NCBI GenBank assembly: GCA_963545195.1
Contig: CAUUIA010000001.1
Span: 1-53,313 of the forward strand
Direction: 5' to 3'
Length of the DNA stretch: 53,313 nucleotides
From: an uncultured Acholeplasmataceae bacterium
Lineage (GTDB): Bacteria > Bacillota_I > Bacilli_A > Acholeplasmatales > Acholeplasmataceae
Shown here: in pieces, positions 28,460 through 38,597 of the stretch
Layout of the letters: each line of letters opens with the position of its first letter
Numbering within the stretch: the stretch's first letter is position 1
Notes under the pieces: generated by a model
What the model saw: only the letters and a program-made list of their open reading frames with translations
Database searches by the model: none
Told to the model about the DNA's origin: nothing
Made by a program: the position numbers and the translations under genes

Positions 28460-29103
28460 TGATAATTATTTTGATGGGACCTCCTGGTGGAGGTAAAGGC
28501 TCACAGGCCAAAGTCTTAAAAACTCACTACTCAATCCCCCACATTTCAACTGGGGATATGTTTAGAGAAAACATTAAAAACGAAACTGTACTTGGCAAGA
28601 AAGTCAAGGCTATATTAGCCGCTGGAGAACTAGTTCCAGATTCTTTAACCGACGAACTAGTCTTGGACCGTTTAAGTCAACCAGATGCTAAAGGTGGGTT
28701 TATCTTAGACGGATACCCTCGCAATCTTGCTCAAGCCGTTGAACTTGACCGCATCCTTGCTAAACTAGGATTTACAATTACTAAAGTTGTAAATATAGAT
28801 GCAAACGATGAACTAATTGTTTCGCGTTTAGCCGGTCGCCGAGTTTGTCCTAAATGTGGTGAGACTTACCACATTCCAAACATGCCACCACAAGTTGAAG
28901 GTAAATGCGACAAGTGCTCAGCTGAAATTGTGCAGCGAGCAGATGATCAAGAGTCAACAATCCGCGCAAGACTTTCGCTTTACCATGAAAACTCCAAGCC
29001 AATTGAACAGTTTTACAAAGACAAAGGTCTGTTTTGCACAGTTGATGGCAATGTTTCCATTGAACACACTAAAGCCCAAATTATTGAGGTTTTAGGTAAA
29101 TAG
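28459..29103 (+). CDS. adk: Adenylate kinase (zinc-lid type)
   Basis: P-loop GPPGGGKGSQA and lid CPKCG...CDKC. Confidence 0.97.
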   Translation: MIIILMGPPGGGKGSQAKVLKTHYSIPHISTGDMFRENIKNETVLGKKVKAILAAGELVPDSLTDELVLDRLSQPDAKGGFILDGYPRNLAQAVELDRILAKLGFTITKVVNIDANDELIVSRLAGRRVCPKCGETYHIPNMPPQVEGKCDKCSAEIVQRADDQESTIRARLSLYHENSKPIEQFYKDKGLFCTVDGNVSIEHTKAQIIEVLGK

Positions 29104-29105
29104 TT

Positions 29106-29858
29106 ATGATTACTATTAAAAACCCTGAACAACTTAGTAAAATGAAAGAATCCGGCAGGATTCTTTCAGAACTAAGAAAAGAACTAGAACAACACTTAAA
29201 ACCAGGTGTATCTACACTTAAACTAGATGAAGTTGCAGCTAAGTTTTTAGCTGATCGTGGTGTTGTTTCTTCTTTTTTAAACTACGAAGGCTACAAGCAC
29301 TCAATTTGCGCGAGTGTTAACGACTGCGTAGTTCACGGCATTCCTTCTAAAGATGTAGTTTTAAAAGATGGCGATATTATTTCGCTAGACTTAGGTGTCC
29401 TTAAAGACGGTTGGCACGCAGACTCTGCGTGGACCTATGAAATCGGCGAAGTCACACATGAAGTAAAAGACTTAGTTTTAAGAACTAAAGAAGCCTTGAT
29501 GCAAGGACTTTCTGTGGTAAAACCTGGTAACTTTATTACAGATATCGGCAAAGCCATTGAAAACTACTTAAAGCCGTTTAAATACGGCATAGTTCGTGAG
29601 TTTTGTGGCCACGGAATTGGTGAAAAACTACACGAAGATCCATACATTTTTCACTTCAACCAACACATGAAACACACCGAAATTAAAGAAGGCATGACAA
29701 TTTGCGTGGAACCTATGGTAAATCTTGGTTCACACAAAGTAAAAATTCAAAAAGACGGTTGGACAACTGTCACTAAAGACCACAAACCCGCTGCCCACTT
29801 TGAGTATACTGTCTACGTCTCTAAAGACGGATATGAGATACTCACTCCCAAAATTTAA
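29106..29858 (+). CDS. map: Methionine aminopeptidase type I
   Basis: Operon position and metal ligands in the D..D...H...E...E pattern (DIISLDLG...DSAWTY...GHGIG...CVEPM...HFEYT). Confidence 0.95.
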   Translation: MITIKNPEQLSKMKESGRILSELRKELEQHLKPGVSTLKLDEVAAKFLADRGVVSSFLNYEGYKHSICASVNDCVVHGIPSKDVVLKDGDIISLDLGVLKDGWHADSAWTYEIGEVTHEVKDLVLRTKEALMQGLSVVKPGNFITDIGKAIENYLKPFKYGIVREFCGHGIGEKLHEDPYIFHFNQHMKHTEIKEGMTICVEPMVNLGSHKVKIQKDGWTTVTKDHKPAAHFEYTVYVSKDGYEILTPKI

Positions 29859-29875
29859 ATAAAAGGTACTAAACT

Positions 29876-30091
29876 ATGCGAAAAGAACAAATAGAAATTG
29901 ATGCTGTCATTGTTGAAGTACTACCTAGTGCTGTATTTTTATGCAAACTAGAAAGTGGACACGAGATTAAGGCCCGAGTATCTGGTAAAATCCGCATGAA
30001 CAACATACGCATTTTACCTGGCGATAAAGTAACTTTAGAATTATCACCATATGATTTAACTCAAGGCCGCATTATTTATCGCAAAAAATAA
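29876..30091 (+). CDS. infA: Translation initiation factor IF-1
   Basis: 71 aa S1-like OB protein: ...[37 protein letters not shown]. Confidence 0.97.
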   Translation: MRKEQIEIDAVIVEVLPSAVFLCKLESGHEIKARVSGKIRMNNIRILPGDKVTLELSPYDLTQGRIIYRKK

Positions 30092-30100
30092 GGAGGACTT

Positions 30101-30214
30101 ATGAAAGTCAGATCATCAGTTAAGCCAATGTGCGATAGCTGCAAAGTTATTAAAAGAAAAGGTTATGTGCGTGTAATTTGCGAAAACCCACGCCATAAAC
30201 AAAGACAAGGATAG
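30101..30214 (+). CDS. rpmJ: 50S ribosomal protein L36 (bL36), 37 aa (below ORF-track cutoff)
   Basis: Hand translation gives [37 protein letters not shown] (CxxC...C...H zinc form). AGGAGG RBS. Confidence 0.92.
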   Translation: MKVRSSVKPMCDSCKVIKRKGYVRVICENPRHKQRQG

Positions 30215-30225
30215 GAGATTAAAAT

Positions 30226-30591
30226 ATGGCCAGAATCGCTGGGGTAGATATCCCTTCAAACAAAAGAGTAGTAATTTCACTTACCTACATTTACGGTATT
30301 GGGGTTAAACTTGCTCAAAAAATTCTTCAAGACGCCGGAATCTCTGAAGACGTGCGTGTTAAAGATTTAAACGACGACGATCTTTCAAAAATCCGCAAAG
30401 AAGTCACAAAATACACAGTTGAAGGTGACCTTCGTCGCGATGTTAACCTAAACATTAAACGTTTAATGGAAATTGGTTCATATCGTGGTATTCGTCACCG
30501 TAAACAACTGCCAGTGCGTGGACAAAACACTAGAAACAACGCCCGCACTCGCAAAGGCAAAGCAAAAGCGATTGCCAACAAAAAGAAATAG
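30226..30591 (+). CDS. rpsM: 30S ribosomal protein S13 (uS13)
   Basis: [26 protein letters not shown]. Confidence 0.97.
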   Translation: MARIAGVDIPSNKRVVISLTYIYGIGVKLAQKILQDAGISEDVRVKDLNDDDLSKIRKEVTKYTVEGDLRRDVNLNIKRLMEIGSYRGIRHRKQLPVRGQNTRNNARTRKGKAKAIANKKK

Positions 30592-30604
30592 GGAGGAATG
30601 AACA

Positions 30605-30991
30605 ATGGCTAAAAAAGTAAGCACACGTCGCAAAGCACGTAAAAACATACCTCTTGGCAAAGCATACATTCACACAACTTTCAACAACACAATTGTAACA
30701 ATCACTGACCTTGATGGCAACGCCATCGCTTGGTCTTCAGCCGGAGCACAAGGCTTTAAAGGTACTCGTAAATCAACAGCCTTTGCTGCTCAAATCACCG
30801 CAGAAGCTGCTGCTAAAGCTGCTATGGAAAACGGCATGATTAAGGTAGAAGTTTCTGTTAAAGGACCTGGACCAGGCCGTGAGTCTGCTATTCGTTCACT
30901 GCAAGTTGCTGGTCTTGAAATTGTTTCAATTGAAGACAACACACCAGTTCCACACAATGGTTGCCGCCCACCTAAGCGTCCACGTGGCTAG
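30605..30991 (+). CDS. rpsK: 30S ribosomal protein S11 (uS11)
   Basis: ...[25 protein letters not shown]...[12 protein letters not shown]. Confidence 0.97.
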   Translation: MAKKVSTRRKARKNIPLGKAYIHTTFNNTIVTITDLDGNAIAWSSAGAQGFKGTRKSTAFAAQITAEAAAKAAMENGMIKVEVSVKGPGPGRESAIRSLQVAGLEIVSIEDNTPVPHNGCRPPKRPRG

Positions 30992-30999
30992 GAGGAAGT

Positions 31000-32010
31000 A
31001 TGCGTAATTTAAAATTTGAAAGACCAAACGCAATTTCCGTAATTTCTGCAGACAAAACTACTGCTAAATTTTCAATTAAACCCCTAGACCGTGGATATGG
31101 TATCACAATCGGCAACGCTCTTCGACGCGTTCTGCTTGCCTCAATTCCGGGAGCAGCTTTGATTAACGTAGAAATTAAAGGTGTGCCGCATGAGTTTTCA
31201 ACAATCCCTGGCGTTAAAGAGGGAGTTGTAGAAATCGTTTTAAACTTAAAAGACGCAATTTTTCGCCTAGATTCAGTTGAACCTGGTTTCCGCGCAGAAG
31301 TTTCTTTGAACGACGTTGACAAAGAAATCATTACACTTGGTGACTTACAAGTGCCAGCTGGTGTTGAAGTTGTCAATCCAGATCACGTAATTTGTCATTT
31401 AAATAAAGGAACCAGCATCTCACTTACCGCAACTTTGGCAACTGGTGCTGGCTACGTTACTCAAAACGACAACAAAGCATATCTTGACCACATTGGCCAA
31501 ATTGCGCTAGACTCAATTTTTACCCCAGTTAAACGCGTTAACTTTAACGTTGAAAAACTACAAGGCGGGTATGACGAGTTAATTTTAGAAGTTGAAACTA
31601 ACGGCGCAATTGACGCTAAAGACGCAGTTTCTGAAGCTGCTTCTATGCTAAGTGAGTTATTTGGCGCGGTTCGCCAAATTTCTGAAAATGCAGAACAATT
31701 CCAAGACTACATCGCAGAAGAAGCCGAAACTACTGCACAAGCAGTTGACAAAAACCTAGCAATTGACAGACTAGATTTATCTGTTCGTCTATACAACGCG
31801 CTTTCTCGCGAAGGCATCAAAACAATTGACCAACTACTTGACATGACAGACCAAGAAATTAAAAGCATTCGCAACCTTGGTCAAAACTCATTCATTGAAC
31901 TGCAAAATAAATTGGCTGAGTTTAAAGACAGCACAATTACTAAAAAAACAGTTGATGATGACGATGCTTTAATTAAAGAAATTTTTGACGATATTGAGGA
32001 GGGACTATAA
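31000..32010 (+). CDS. rpoA: DNA-directed RNA polymerase subunit alpha
   Basis: GYGITIGNALRRVLL and the C-terminal domain LSVRLYNALSREGIKTIDQL. Confidence 0.97.
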   Translation: MRNLKFERPNAISVISADKTTAKFSIKPLDRGYGITIGNALRRVLLASIPGAALINVEIKGVPHEFSTIPGVKEGVVEIVLNLKDAIFRLDSVEPGFRAEVSLNDVDKEIITLGDLQVPAGVEVVNPDHVICHLNKGTSISLTATLATGAGYVTQNDNKAYLDHIGQIALDSIFTPVKRVNFNVEKLQGGYDELILEVETNGAIDAKDAVSEAASMLSELFGAVRQISENAEQFQDYIAEEAETTAQAVDKNLAIDRLDLSVRLYNALSREGIKTIDQLLDMTDQEIKSIRNLGQNSFIELQNKLAEFKDSTITKKTVDDDDALIKEIFDDIEEGL

Positions 32011-32012
32011 TA

Positions 32013-32369
32013 ATGAGATCAAAACTATCTAGAAACTCAGCTGCCCTAAGAGCAGTACTTAGAGACTTAGCGACAGCACTAATCGTTAAAGAAAGAATTA
32101 TTACTACTCACTCTAAGGCCAAAGAAACTCAAAAAATGGTAGAAAAACTAATTACTATTGGCAAAAAAGGCGATATCAATGCTCGCCGTTTAGCTAGAAC
32201 TTACCTTAGAGATGTTGAGACTGACACTAAAGGCGAAACAGTTTTAACTAAACTATTTCAAACTGTGGCTCCACGTTTTAAAGACAGAAACGGTGGCTAC
32301 ACAAGAATAATTAAAACAGTTGGCCGTAAAGGCGACAACGCCCCAATGTCAATTCTTGAGTTTGTATAA
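32013..32369 (+). CDS. rplQ: 50S ribosomal protein L17 (bL17)
   Basis: LSRNSAALRAVLRDLATALI...GGYTRIIK. Confidence 0.97.
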   Translation: MRSKLSRNSAALRAVLRDLATALIVKERIITTHSKAKETQKMVEKLITIGKKGDINARRLARTYLRDVETDTKGETVLTKLFQTVAPRFKDRNGGYTRIIKTVGRKGDNAPMSILEFV

Positions 32370-32405
32370 GGACTTTATTAAAACAATTTAATCGCAAATA
32401 CAATT

Positions 32406-32444
32406 GAGAACCACACTTTATTAAACAAAGTGTAGTTCTCTTTT
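32406..32444 (+). terminator. Rho-independent terminator ending the ribosomal cluster
   Basis: 14-bp stem GAGAACCACACTTT/AAAGTGTAGTTCTC (one mismatch) followed by TTTT. Confidence 0.7.
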
Positions 32445-32470
32445 GCACTTATTTTAGGAGAAATTTATTT

Positions 32471-33868
32471 ATGAAATTAGTAAAAGAAACTAAATCAGAA
32501 GTTAAAGTTGCTTTAGTTAAAGCCAGCACTAAGTGCGTGCTTTTAAAAGAACTTTCAGAAAAAAGAGGATTCAAAGCACAAGCTGGGGAAATTCTGGATT
32601 TACTTAGTTTAGAAAATACAGGCACAATTTATCTAGGACTAGGTGACAGAACTCATGAAGACCTTCGTTTAGCCGGCTTTAAATTAGTTAAGTTCCTTGA
32701 AGCCAGAAAAATCAAGAGCGTTAACCTAGACTTCGCGCATGTAAAAACTCTAGACACAATTTACTTAGTTGAAGGATTTTATCACGGAATTTACCTATAC
32801 AACCGCTATAGATCCGACAAAACTCAGTTTTTACCTGAAATCGGCTTAGGTGAGTTTGCTGAACAAAAAGAAGCGCTACTTGAACTTAAAAACCTAGCAG
32901 ACTCAATTTTTCTTTGCCGTGATTTAATTAACACCCCAGCAAATGACTTGTATCCTGCTAACTACGCTGAGTTAATTAAAGAAACTTTTAAGCCTTTTAA
33001 AGATGTGGAAGTTACTGTTTTTGACAAAAAACAAATGCAAGAACATAAACTATTTGCAGCGCTTGCCGTTGGTAGTGGTTCTGACAACGACCCAAGATTT
33101 GTGGTAATTAAATACCAACCAAACAAAGCAGACGATGAATTTCTTTCTTTTGTTGGAAAAGGTATAACTTACGACAGTGGAGGATATGCTTTAAAAATCC
33201 CTTACACAAATATGCTGACAATGAAAACAGACATGTCTGGGTCTGCCGCTGTAGTTTCGGCAATTTTAGCACTTGCTAAAAACAAAATTAAGCAAAATGT
33301 CTGCGGCGTAATGTCACTTTGTGAAAACGCAGTGTCTGGACACGCTTATAAAAACGGAGACGTTTTTAAAACTCACAAAGACGGAGTTACTATTCAAGTT
33401 GACAACACAGACGCAGAAGGTCGTGTTTCTATGGCCGACTCAATTCACTGGGCTGCAACTGAAGTTAAGTCAAAATTGATAGTTGAGTTTTCAACTCTAA
33501 CCGGAGCTTGCATTGTTTCGCTTGGAACCGACATTTCTGGCTGTGTTTCTTACCACCCTGAACTTACTCAAAAAGTAATTGAAGCGGGTGAAGAGGCCGG
33601 CGAAAGAATTTGGCAATTCCCAATTTCTAAAAAACACGAAGAAGCGGTTAAAGGAACATTTGGTACAATTAAAAATGTTTGTTCAGGCGGCGCGGGTTCA
33701 ATTACTGCCGGAATTTTCTTAACTTACTTTTCTGAAAAAGTTCCGTACGTCCACGTTGACATCGCTGGAACTGCTTACAACCCACCATACCTTTACTACG
33801 CAGATGGAGCGAGCGGAGTTGGTGTTAGAACAATTTACAACTTCGTTAAAAACTCACTTAAAAAATAA
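32471..33868 (+). CDS. pepA: Leucyl aminopeptidase (M17 family)
   Basis: M17 signature VDNTDAEGR plus GKGITYDSGGY. Confidence 0.92.
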   Translation: MKLVKETKSEVKVALVKASTKCVLLKELSEKRGFKAQAGEILDLLSLENTGTIYLGLGDRTHEDLRLAGFKLVKFLEARKIKSVNLDFAHVKTLDTIYLVEGFYHGIYLYNRYRSDKTQFLPEIGLGEFAEQKEALLELKNLADSIFLCRDLINTPANDLYPANYAELIKETFKPFKDVEVTVFDKKQMQEHKLFAALAVGSGSDNDPRFVVIKYQPNKADDEFLSFVGKGITYDSGGYALKIPYTNMLTMKTDMSGSAAVVSAILALAKNKIKQNVCGVMSLCENAVSGHAYKNGDVFKTHKDGVTIQVDNTDAEGRVSMADSIHWAATEVKSKLIVEFSTLTGACIVSLGTDISGCVSYHPELTQKVIEAGEEAGERIWQFPISKKHEEAVKGTFGTIKNVCSGGAGSITAGIFLTYFSEKVPYVHVDIAGTAYNPPYLYYADGASGVGVRTIYNFVKNSLKK

Positions 33869-33925
33869 CTTTTATTCAAATAAACTCCCTTTAAAAATGC
33901 TAAAATAAGTCATTTTAAAGGAAAT

Positions 33926-33957
33926 AAAAAAGGAACACTGATGTGTTCCTTTTTTTT
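33926..33957. terminator. Bidirectional intrinsic terminator between convergent pepA and rpmB
   Basis: AAGGAACAC-TGAT-GTGTTCCTT flanked by an A-run and a T-run. Confidence 0.8.
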
Positions 33958-33973
33958 AATTATTTTAATTTAA

Positions 33974-34162
33974 TTATCGTTCTTGTTTTCTCAAAGTGCG
34001 AAGAGCTCTTGCTGAAACCATGACTTTGTGAGTGTGACCTGCTTCGTCAGTAAATTTCACTGGTTGCAAGTTTAAGTTCCAGACTCTGCGAGTCGCACGA
34101 AGAGAGTGTGATCGATTATTTCCGGCAAGTTGTTTTCTGCCGCTAATAGCGCATATTCCCAT
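33974..34162 (-). CDS. rpmB: 50S ribosomal protein L28 (bL28)
   Basis: MGICAISGRKQLAGNNRSHSLRATRRVWNLNLQ... The start is taken at the internal ATG at 34162, which has a GGAGAGGAG RBS; the ORF-track extension to 34195 is unlikely. Confidence 0.93.
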   Translation of the reverse strand: MGICAISGRKQLAGNNRSHSLRATRRVWNLNLQPVKFTDEAGHTHKVMVSARALRTLRKQER

Positions 34163-34245
34163 GTTTATAAATCTCCTCTCCAAATATTTTAGCATAATCA
34201 GGGTTTTTCCGCAATTTTAAACTTTTAGTATGTTAAACTTTAAGT

Positions 34246-34926
34246 ATGGAAAAGAAAACAATTTTAATCACCGGAAGTTCAAGTGGAATCGGCAAATATG
34301 CCGCTGAAATTTTTTTAAAAAATAATTTTTTAGTCTATGGAATTGACCAAAATGCAGCGACTATTAAAGACAAAAACTATCAACACTTTAAGGTATCGGT
34401 AACTGATTTTAAAAGCCTTCCTGATTTAAAAAATATCTCTTATATTTTAAACAACGCAGGAACAATGGATGAGCAAAAGTCCTTGGAAACCAACTTACAA
34501 GGCTATATTAACATTATCGAAAAATATGAAAGTAAAGACCTAAAGGCTGTTTTAAACATCGCCTCAACCGCTGGTCACCACGGGTTTGGCAAACCTTTAC
34601 ACGCGGTCTCTCAAGCAGCCCGCATTAACTACACCAAACATCTTGCTAAAACTCTTGGTGAAAAATACCAGACTTTAGTTAACTCACTAAGCCCTGGTCC
34701 AGTTCACACCAATTTAGAGCCAGACTTGTATAAAGACAAAACAGCAATGTCTGTGGTTGCAAATCAAAATATCTTTAACCGTTGGATAGAGCCAAAAGAA
34801 ATCGCTGAGTGGATTTACTTTATCTTAACTAAGAATACCTGCGCAACAGGGCAAGACATAATTCTGGATTTAGGTGAATGTATTAACCTAAAATTTATCT
34901 CGCCAACCCCACCTAGCCAAAAATAG
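34246..34926 (+). CDS. Short-chain dehydrogenase/reductase-fold protein lacking the canonical YxxxK dyad
   Basis: TGSSSGIG cofactor motif, NNAG motif and PGPVHT are present. The segment expected to hold YxxSK reads HAVSQ. Confidence 0.8.
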   Translation: MEKKTILITGSSSGIGKYAAEIFLKNNFLVYGIDQNAATIKDKNYQHFKVSVTDFKSLPDLKNISYILNNAGTMDEQKSLETNLQGYINIIEKYESKDLKAVLNIASTAGHHGFGKPLHAVSQAARINYTKHLAKTLGEKYQTLVNSLSPGPVHTNLEPDLYKDKTAMSVVANQNIFNRWIEPKEIAEWIYFILTKNTCATGQDIILDLGECINLKFISPTPPSQK

Positions 34927-34979
34927 CCCTATATAATATAAAGGGATTTAAGGTATAATAAAGGTACTGAGGTTTATTG

Positions 34980-36635
34980 ATGGAACACAAAACAATAACA
35001 AGCGAATTTTTTACCAAAATGCTGATAAATGGGGCTGCTAACTTAAGGCTCCACATTGACGAAATTAATAACTTAAATGTCTTTCCAATTCCAGATGGCG
35101 ACACTGGAACTAATATGCACCTGACTATCAATGCAGGTGCTAACAAAATTAAAATCTTAGATTTTCAAAACAAAACCATTGCAGAAATCACAAAAGTTTT
35201 CTCACACGAACTAGTTGTTGCTGCACACGGCAACTCAGGTGTCATTCTTTCTCAGTTTTTCCGTGGATTTGCGAAAGAACTTGGAAAAGTTGACAGCAAA
35301 GAACTGACGGTAGTTCAACTAATAGATGCTTTGATTTCTGGCTACAAAGTAGCCTACAGTGGTGTAGTTCAGCCAATTGAAGGAACAATTTTAACCGTAC
35401 TTCGCGAAGCTGGTGAACATTTGCGCTTAAAACGCGGCAAACTAATTACTTTTGAAGATGCTCTAACCACTTATTTTAATCAGGCTAAAATTACCTTGCA
35501 GAAAACACCTACACTTTTGCCTGTCTTAAAAGAGGCTAATGTTGTAGACAGTGGTGGTGCTGGTTTTGTTAAAATCGTTGAAGGCTTTGTACACTATATT
35601 AATGGCAAAGTTATTAAAGAAGCCACTAAAACTACAACTAAGTCATTTGTCTTAAACTCAGAACAAAGTACTGCATATGACCACGTAATTGGCGAAATTA
35701 AGTTTAAGTTTTGTACTGAGTTTGTTTTGATTTTAGATAAATCAGAACAATTTTCAAAAGAAAAATTTATCAAAGAAATTAAAGACTTTGGCGACTCTAT
35801 GGTAGTAATTCACGACGAAGAACTACTAAAAGTCCACATCCACACCAACCAACCACTTAACTTACTTAAAAACGCCGAGCAACTAGGCGAAACCAGGTCT
35901 ATTAAAGTAGACAACATGAAACTGCAAAACGAAGAGGCAGTAGCTGCGCAAAAACCAGCCAGCAAAACCCCTGAAAAAGAATACGGACTGATTGCTGTTG
36001 CAAACGGTGATGGAGTTCGCCAATACTTACTTGAACACGGAGTTGACTATATAGTTGCCGGTGGCCAAACCATGAATCCATCAACTCAAGACTTCATTGA
36101 AGCCGTTGAGAAAGTCAACGCTAAAAACATTATTATCATTCCAAATAACTCAAATATCATCATGTCGGCAGAGCAAACTACTAACTTAGTTAAAGACCGC
36201 AATATCGCGGTAATTAAGACTAAAAATCTAGGCCAAGGAGTGGCTGCGCTTTCTGTGTTTGACCATAGTGCTGACTTTAAGACCAACATTGACAACATGC
36301 AAGAAATCGCACAGGCTGCGCAAACTGGCGAAATTACTTACGCAATTCGCGACACCAAACAGAACGGCATTGACATTAGAAAAGGTCATTATTTAGGAAT
36401 TTCTGAAGGCGCGATAACTTGCTCAGTTGAAAATATTTTTGACGCAACACGCTGCCTGCTTTCCCAAATTCTTTCAAAAGAAAACGAAGTTGTTACTCTA
36501 TTTTACGGCAAGGCTGTGTCTGACGAAGAAGCCAGAGAAATTGAGGAATACATCCAAACACTTTGTCCATACGCTGAGGTTAATTTAGTTAACGGGATGC
36601 AAGAAATTTATTTATTTATAGTTTCGGCACTTTGA
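34980..36635 (+). CDS. DAK2 domain-containing protein (YloV-like)
   Basis: N-terminal DAK2-type motif NVFPIPDGDTGTNM and a C-terminal DegV-associated-like domain. Divergent from rpmB, as yloV is in Bacillus. ATG at 34980 (TTG at 34977 also possible). Confidence 0.85.
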   Translation: MEHKTITSEFFTKMLINGAANLRLHIDEINNLNVFPIPDGDTGTNMHLTINAGANKIKILDFQNKTIAEITKVFSHELVVAAHGNSGVILSQFFRGFAKELGKVDSKELTVVQLIDALISGYKVAYSGVVQPIEGTILTVLREAGEHLRLKRGKLITFEDALTTYFNQAKITLQKTPTLLPVLKEANVVDSGGAGFVKIVEGFVHYINGKVIKEATKTTTKSFVLNSEQSTAYDHVIGEIKFKFCTEFVLILDKSEQFSKEKFIKEIKDFGDSMVVIHDEELLKVHIHTNQPLNLLKNAEQLGETRSIKVDNMKLQNEEAVAAQKPASKTPEKEYGLIAVANGDGVRQYLLEHGVDYIVAGGQTMNPSTQDFIEAVEKVNAKNIIIIPNNSNIIMSAEQTTNLVKDRNIAVIKTKNLGQGVAALSVFDHSADFKTNIDNMQEIAQAAQTGEITYAIRDTKQNGIDIRKGHYLGISEGAITCSVENIFDATRCLLSQILSKENEVVTLFYGKAVSDEEAREIEEYIQTLCPYAEVNLVNGMQEIYLFIVSAL

Positions 36636-36661
36636 AAAACAAGTTTAAAAAATAGTATAAT
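36632..36661 (+). promoter_or_regulatory. Sigma-A type promoter upstream of the DHH gene pair
   Basis: TTGAAA (36632-36637), 18 nt spacer, TATAAT (36656-36661). Confidence 0.45.
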
Positions 36662-36679
36662 ATTCGTTAGAGGTATTGA

Positions 36680-37624
36680 ATGAAAACGATTAAAGAACTT
36701 TTAAAAAAACACAACCGCATTATTATTCACAGACACTCCAAACCAGATATGGACGCAATTGGTTCACAAATGGGCTTAATGCACATAATTAAGGAAAACT
36801 TTCCAGAAAAAGAAGTCTACGTAGTTGGTGACCACAACAAATTTGACTACGAAAATGCGATGAACGAAATTCCGGATAGTTTTTACAAAGACGCGCTAGT
36901 TTTTATTACAGACGTCGCAGTTTCTTACATGATTTCAGATAACCGCTATCTGTTTGCCAAAGACGTGGTAATTATTGACCACCACGAAAACAAATCAGAT
37001 GTAGCAGGTGCTCACGTTTATTCTGACCCAACTTACGAGGCTGCGGCCGCTTACGTTTACGATATTGCAAAAAAACTAAAACTAAAAATCCCAGCAATAG
37101 CGGCTGACTACTTGCTAAACGGAATTATTACCGACAGCGGTCGTTTTCAGTATTTAACCAACGCACCGCGTTTATTTCAAATCGCTGCGGAACTAACTGC
37201 TCTGGGCGCAAACCCGCTTAAGTTCTACAAGTGGTTGTATGTAGAGACTCTAGAAGAGCGTCAAACTAAAGCGAAGTTTGCCACTCGCATGCAAATTGAG
37301 GGCTCAGTTGCTTACTTTTTTAACACCAAAGAGTTTCTTGAGTCACTTGGCACTTACGATTTCTTTTCAATTAGTCGTGGTATGGTTAATTTACTTGCTG
37401 GTATTAAAGAAATTCCAATTTGGGCTAACTTCACGTATTCCGCTGAGCAAGACAAAGTAATTTGTGAACTTCGTAGTCGAGAAATTGAAGTTGTGCATAT
37501 TGCCAAGAAATATGGCGGTGGTGGACACGCGCTGGCTTGTGGCGCAACTTTGGATAACTTTGAAGTTGCCAAAGCCATGATTAAAGATTTAAACGAACTA
37601 ATTTTACAAAACCAAAGTAAATAA
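36680..37624 (+). CDS. DHH/DHHA1 family phosphoesterase (NrnA-like nanoRNase/pAp phosphatase), copy 1
   Basis: Motifs HSKPDMDAIGS, ITDVA, IIDHHEN and GGGGHALACGA. Confidence 0.85.
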   Translation: MKTIKELLKKHNRIIIHRHSKPDMDAIGSQMGLMHIIKENFPEKEVYVVGDHNKFDYENAMNEIPDSFYKDALVFITDVAVSYMISDNRYLFAKDVVIIDHHENKSDVAGAHVYSDPTYEAAAAYVYDIAKKLKLKIPAIAADYLLNGIITDSGRFQYLTNAPRLFQIAAELTALGANPLKFYKWLYVETLEERQTKAKFATRMQIEGSVAYFFNTKEFLESLGTYDFFSISRGMVNLLAGIKEIPIWANFTYSAEQDKVICELRSREIEVVHIAKKYGGGGHALACGATLDNFEVAKAMIKDLNELILQNQSK

Positions 37625-37638
37625 TAAGGAGTAAAAAC

Positions 37639-38595
37639 ATGGACATTAGTTTAATTTTAAAAAAAATCAAAGAATACGACATTATTACAATCTACTCACA
37701 TAAAAGACCTGACGGAGACTGCATAGGCTCATCACTTGGTCTTAAAAACATCATTGAAACTACTTTTCCCAAAAAACAAGTATACTCACTTGGCGACCAC
37801 ACACCATACCTGCGTTTCCTTGGTGAACTTGACACTCTTGACGACGAAACTATTAAAAAATCTTTAGCGATAGTTGTAGACACCGCTACTCAAGAGCGAG
37901 TTGCAGATCAACGTTTTAAACTGGCTAAAGAAATCATTAAAATTGACCACCACATTGTAATGGATCAATACGGAGACATCAACTGGGTACACGAAGAAGC
38001 ACCAGCGGCTTGTCAAATGATTACTTACTTTCTGTATAAGTTCAGAGATCAACTAATGATCACCAAACAAGGCGCGCAAGCACTATATGCTGGTTTAGTT
38101 ACGGATTCTGGCGGATTTAGATACCGCGGAGTTACTGAAACTACTTTCCAAATGGCGGCTTTCTTAGTTTCTAAGGGTGCTGACCTTGAATATGTAGATC
38201 GTGAACTTTCTAAAACCACTTTTGCACAACTTAAATATAAAGGTCATCTATTTTCTAACATCAAACGCTCAAAAAACGGCGTGGTTTACTTCCTTGCAAC
38301 TCGCGACATTCAAAAGAAATTTAACCTAACTCAAGAAGACACAGCAGCAGCTATAAACGCTATGGCCAGAATTGAAGGCTGCCCTGTTTGGGTACTATTT
38401 ATTGAACTTGAAAACTCAGTTCGCGTGCGCGTTCGTTCAAATCAAGTAGAAATTGCTTCAGTTTGCAACAAATTCCCTCCAGGGGGTGGACACGACTTTG
38501 CAGCGGGTTGCCACCTGGATAAAATGAAACAACACACAAAAGTAATTGACGCCCTTGACGCCAGAATTGTGGAAGTTTTAAAGAAAAATAACTAA
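37639..38595 (+). CDS. DHH/DHHA1 family phosphoesterase (NrnA-like), copy 2
   Basis: Motifs HKRPDGDCIGS, VVDTA, KIDHHIV and PGGGHDFAAGC. Confidence 0.85.
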   Translation: MDISLILKKIKEYDIITIYSHKRPDGDCIGSSLGLKNIIETTFPKKQVYSLGDHTPYLRFLGELDTLDDETIKKSLAIVVDTATQERVADQRFKLAKEIIKIDHHIVMDQYGDINWVHEEAPAACQMITYFLYKFRDQLMITKQGAQALYAGLVTDSGGFRYRGVTETTFQMAAFLVSKGADLEYVDRELSKTTFAQLKYKGHLFSNIKRSKNGVVYFLATRDIQKKFNLTQEDTAAAINAMARIEGCPVWVLFIELENSVRVRVRSNQVEIASVCNKFPPGGGHDFAAGCHLDKMKQHTKVIDALDARIVEVLKKNN

Positions 38596-38597
38596 CA

